From positions 211,939 to 275,938 of the forward strand of contig CAMTVD010000014.1 in NCBI GenBank assembly GCA_947085095.1: a DNA stretch of 64,000 nucleotides, read 5' to 3'. The notes below the pieces were generated by a model, which saw nothing but the letters and a program-made list of their open reading frames with translations, had not been told where the DNA came from and did no database searches. Both the position numbers and the translations under genes were made by a program. Positions 59,561-64,000 of the stretch are shown here, one piece after another; position 1 is the stretch's first letter; each line of letters starts with the position of its first letter. This DNA comes from an uncultured Thermus sp. (GTDB lineage Bacteria; Deinococcota; Deinococci; Deinococcales; Thermaceae).

Positions 59561-59589
59561 TTGCGCGGAAGGGGATCCTGCCCTAGACT
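59561..59589 (+). promoter_or_regulatory. tRNA promoter
   Basis: TTGCGC-17-TAGACT upstream of the tRNA. Confidence 0.6.
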
Positions 59590-59600
59590 CTTTAGGGCGG

Positions 59601-59675
59601 GCCGGTGTAGCTCAGCGGTAGAGCAACCGCCTCGTAAGCGGTAGGCCGCCGGTTCGAATCCGGCCACCGGCTCCA
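59601..59675 (+). tRNA. tRNA-Thr (anticodon CGU)
   Basis: Cloverleaf: acceptor GCCGGTG/CACCGGC, D arm GCTC/GAGC, anticodon loop CTCGTAA, T loop TTCGAAT, encoded CCA. Confidence 0.97.
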
Positions 59676-59678
59676 TTG

Positions 59679-59701
59679 GCCCCGCCTGCGGGCGGGGCTT
59701 T
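59679..59701 (+). terminator. Intrinsic terminator after tRNA-Thr
   Basis: GCCCCGCC-TGCG-GGCGGGGC followed by TTT. Confidence 0.75.
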
Positions 59702-59707
59702 GCCTTC

Positions 59708-59736
59708 TTGCCAAAAGGGCCGTGGCCCTGTACACT
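59708..59736 (+). promoter_or_regulatory. str operon promoter
   Basis: TTGCCA-17-TACACT. Confidence 0.75.
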
Positions 59737-59862
59737 GGGCAAGTTGAGGGCCCTCAGGGCCAGCCCCTGGCCCTGAGGGTGTGGCCCTGTGTGGGCAAAG
59801 CCGGGGGAAGGCTTCCCCCGGGTGGATCTTGAGAACACGGGGGCAAGTCCAAGAAGAAGGGA

Positions 59863-60276
59863 GTGGTGGCACTGCCGACGATCAATCAGCTAGTACGAGG
59901 GGGCCGCGAAAAGGTCCAGAAGAAGAGCAAGGTTCCGGCCTTGAAGGGTTCGCCCTTCCGCCGGGGGGTGTGCACGGTGGTGCGCACCGTAACCCCCAAG
60001 AAGCCCAACTCCGCCCTGCGCAAGGTGGCCAAGGTGCGCCTTACCTCCGGATACGAGGTCACCGCCTACATCCCCGGCGAAGGGCACAACCTGCAGGAGC
60101 ACTCCGTGGTCCTGATCCGGGGTGGCCGTGTGAAGGACCTTCCTGGCGTGCGCTACCACATCGTCCGTGGGGTTTACGACACCCAGGGGGTCAAGGACCG
60201 CAAGAAGAGCCGCTCCAAGTACGGGACCAAGCGGCCTAAGGAGACCAAGGGCGCGGCTCCTGCCAAGAAGAAGTAG
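59863..60276 (+). CDS. rpsL: 30S ribosomal protein S12
   Basis: [31 protein letters not shown]. Confidence 0.99.
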   Translation: MVALPTINQLVRGGREKVQKKSKVPALKGSPFRRGVCTVVRTVTPKKPNSALRKVAKVRLTSGYEVTAYIPGEGHNLQEHSVVLIRGGRVKDLPGVRYHIVRGVYDTQGVKDRKKSRSKYGTKRPKETKGAAPAKKK

Positions 60277-60284
60277 GTGGAGGT

Positions 60285-60752
60285 ATGCGGAGAAGAAGAG
60301 CAGAGGTACGTCAGCTCCATCCCGACCTGGTCTACGGGGATGTGGTGGTCTCGGCCTTCATCAACAAGATGATGCGGGATGGCAAGAAGAACCTGGCCGC
60401 GCGCATTTTCTACGAGGCCTGCCGCATCATCCAGGAGAAGACCGGTCAGGAGCCCCTCAAGGTCTTCAAGCAGGCAGTGGACAACGTGAAGCCTCGGATG
60501 GAGGTCCGCTCCCGCCGCGTGGGTGGGGCCAACTACCAGGTGCCCATGGAGGTCTCCCCCCGCAGGCAGCAGTCCTTGGCCCTGCGCTGGCTGGTCCAGG
60601 CGGCCAACGCCCGCTCTGAGCGTGGGGCGGCGGTGCGCATCGCCCACGAGCTCATGGACGCCGCCGAGGGCAAGGGCGGGGCGGTCAAGAAGAAGGAGGA
60701 CGTGGAGCGCATGGCCGAGGCCAACCGCGCCTACGCCCACTACCGGTGGTAA
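60285..60752 (+). CDS. rpsG: 30S ribosomal protein S7
   Basis: [29 protein letters not shown]. Confidence 0.99.
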   Translation: MRRRRAEVRQLHPDLVYGDVVVSAFINKMMRDGKKNLAARIFYEACRIIQEKTGQEPLKVFKQAVDNVKPRMEVRSRRVGGANYQVPMEVSPRRQQSLALRWLVQAANARSERGAAVRIAHELMDAAEGKGGAVKKKEDVERMAEANRAYAHYRW

Positions 60753-60755
60753 ACC

Positions 60756-62831
<2,076 letters not shown>

Positions 62832-62841
62832 AAAGGCTTTG

Positions 62842-62866
62842 GGGGTGGGTCCCCTGGGCCCACCCC
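62842..62866 (+). other. fusA-tuf intergenic hairpin
   Basis: GGGGTGGGTCC-CCT-GGGCCCACCCC; no U-tract, so more likely a stability/processing element than a terminator. Confidence 0.5.
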
Positions 62867-62891
62867 ACGCTTGGCGGAAAGGAGAACGAAG

Positions 62892-64000
<1,109 letters not shown>

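Noticed and set aside
59601..59700. tRNA-Thr as an integration site
   Set aside because: No integrase and no duplicated tRNA 3' end; both flanks are core genes.
59863..60276. Streptomycin-resistance substitutions in S12
   Set aside because: The TPKKPNS and RVKDLPG loops are wild-type.

Overview
High-GC chromosomal window that looks like Thermus (Deinococcota), judged from protein identities and codon usage. Most of it is housekeeping: topA, lgt-glmU-tatAC-aroF, an lptF/lptG/lptD-like operon, hrpB-gyrB, kbl/bioF, a proline-utilisation operon, trpL-trpEGD with attenuator, purA, hpt, truB-ald-asp23-DAK2, tRNA-Thr(CGU) and the str operon rpsL-rpsG-fusA-tuf (tuf truncated by the window edge). The main accessory element is an ~11 kb co-directional four-gene island (27687-38783) between gyrB and an M.TaqI-like methyltransferase. 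It encodes an SNF2 helicase with a C-terminal DUF3883-type nuclease, an AlbA_2/Schlafen-HATPase-wHTH protein, a DUF1156 amino-methyltransferase with a low-GC internal patch, and a HEPN (RxxxxH)-DUF499 AAA+ ATPase. This resembles the restriction-like/BREX-related DUF499-DUF1156-SNF2 defence systems but carries up to three candidate nuclease effectors and an internal operator-like palindrome array. The adjacent M.TaqI-like gene has no cognate endonuclease beside it. TCGA is strongly avoided across the window except inside (C)CTCGAG(G). Other signals: a probable pseudo-alanine-dehydrogenase coupled to a CoA transferase, an orphan promoter-terminator pair (candidate sRNA), a GntR operator and many leaderless starts. 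All calls come from reading motifs by eye; no database searches were run and counts are hand counts.
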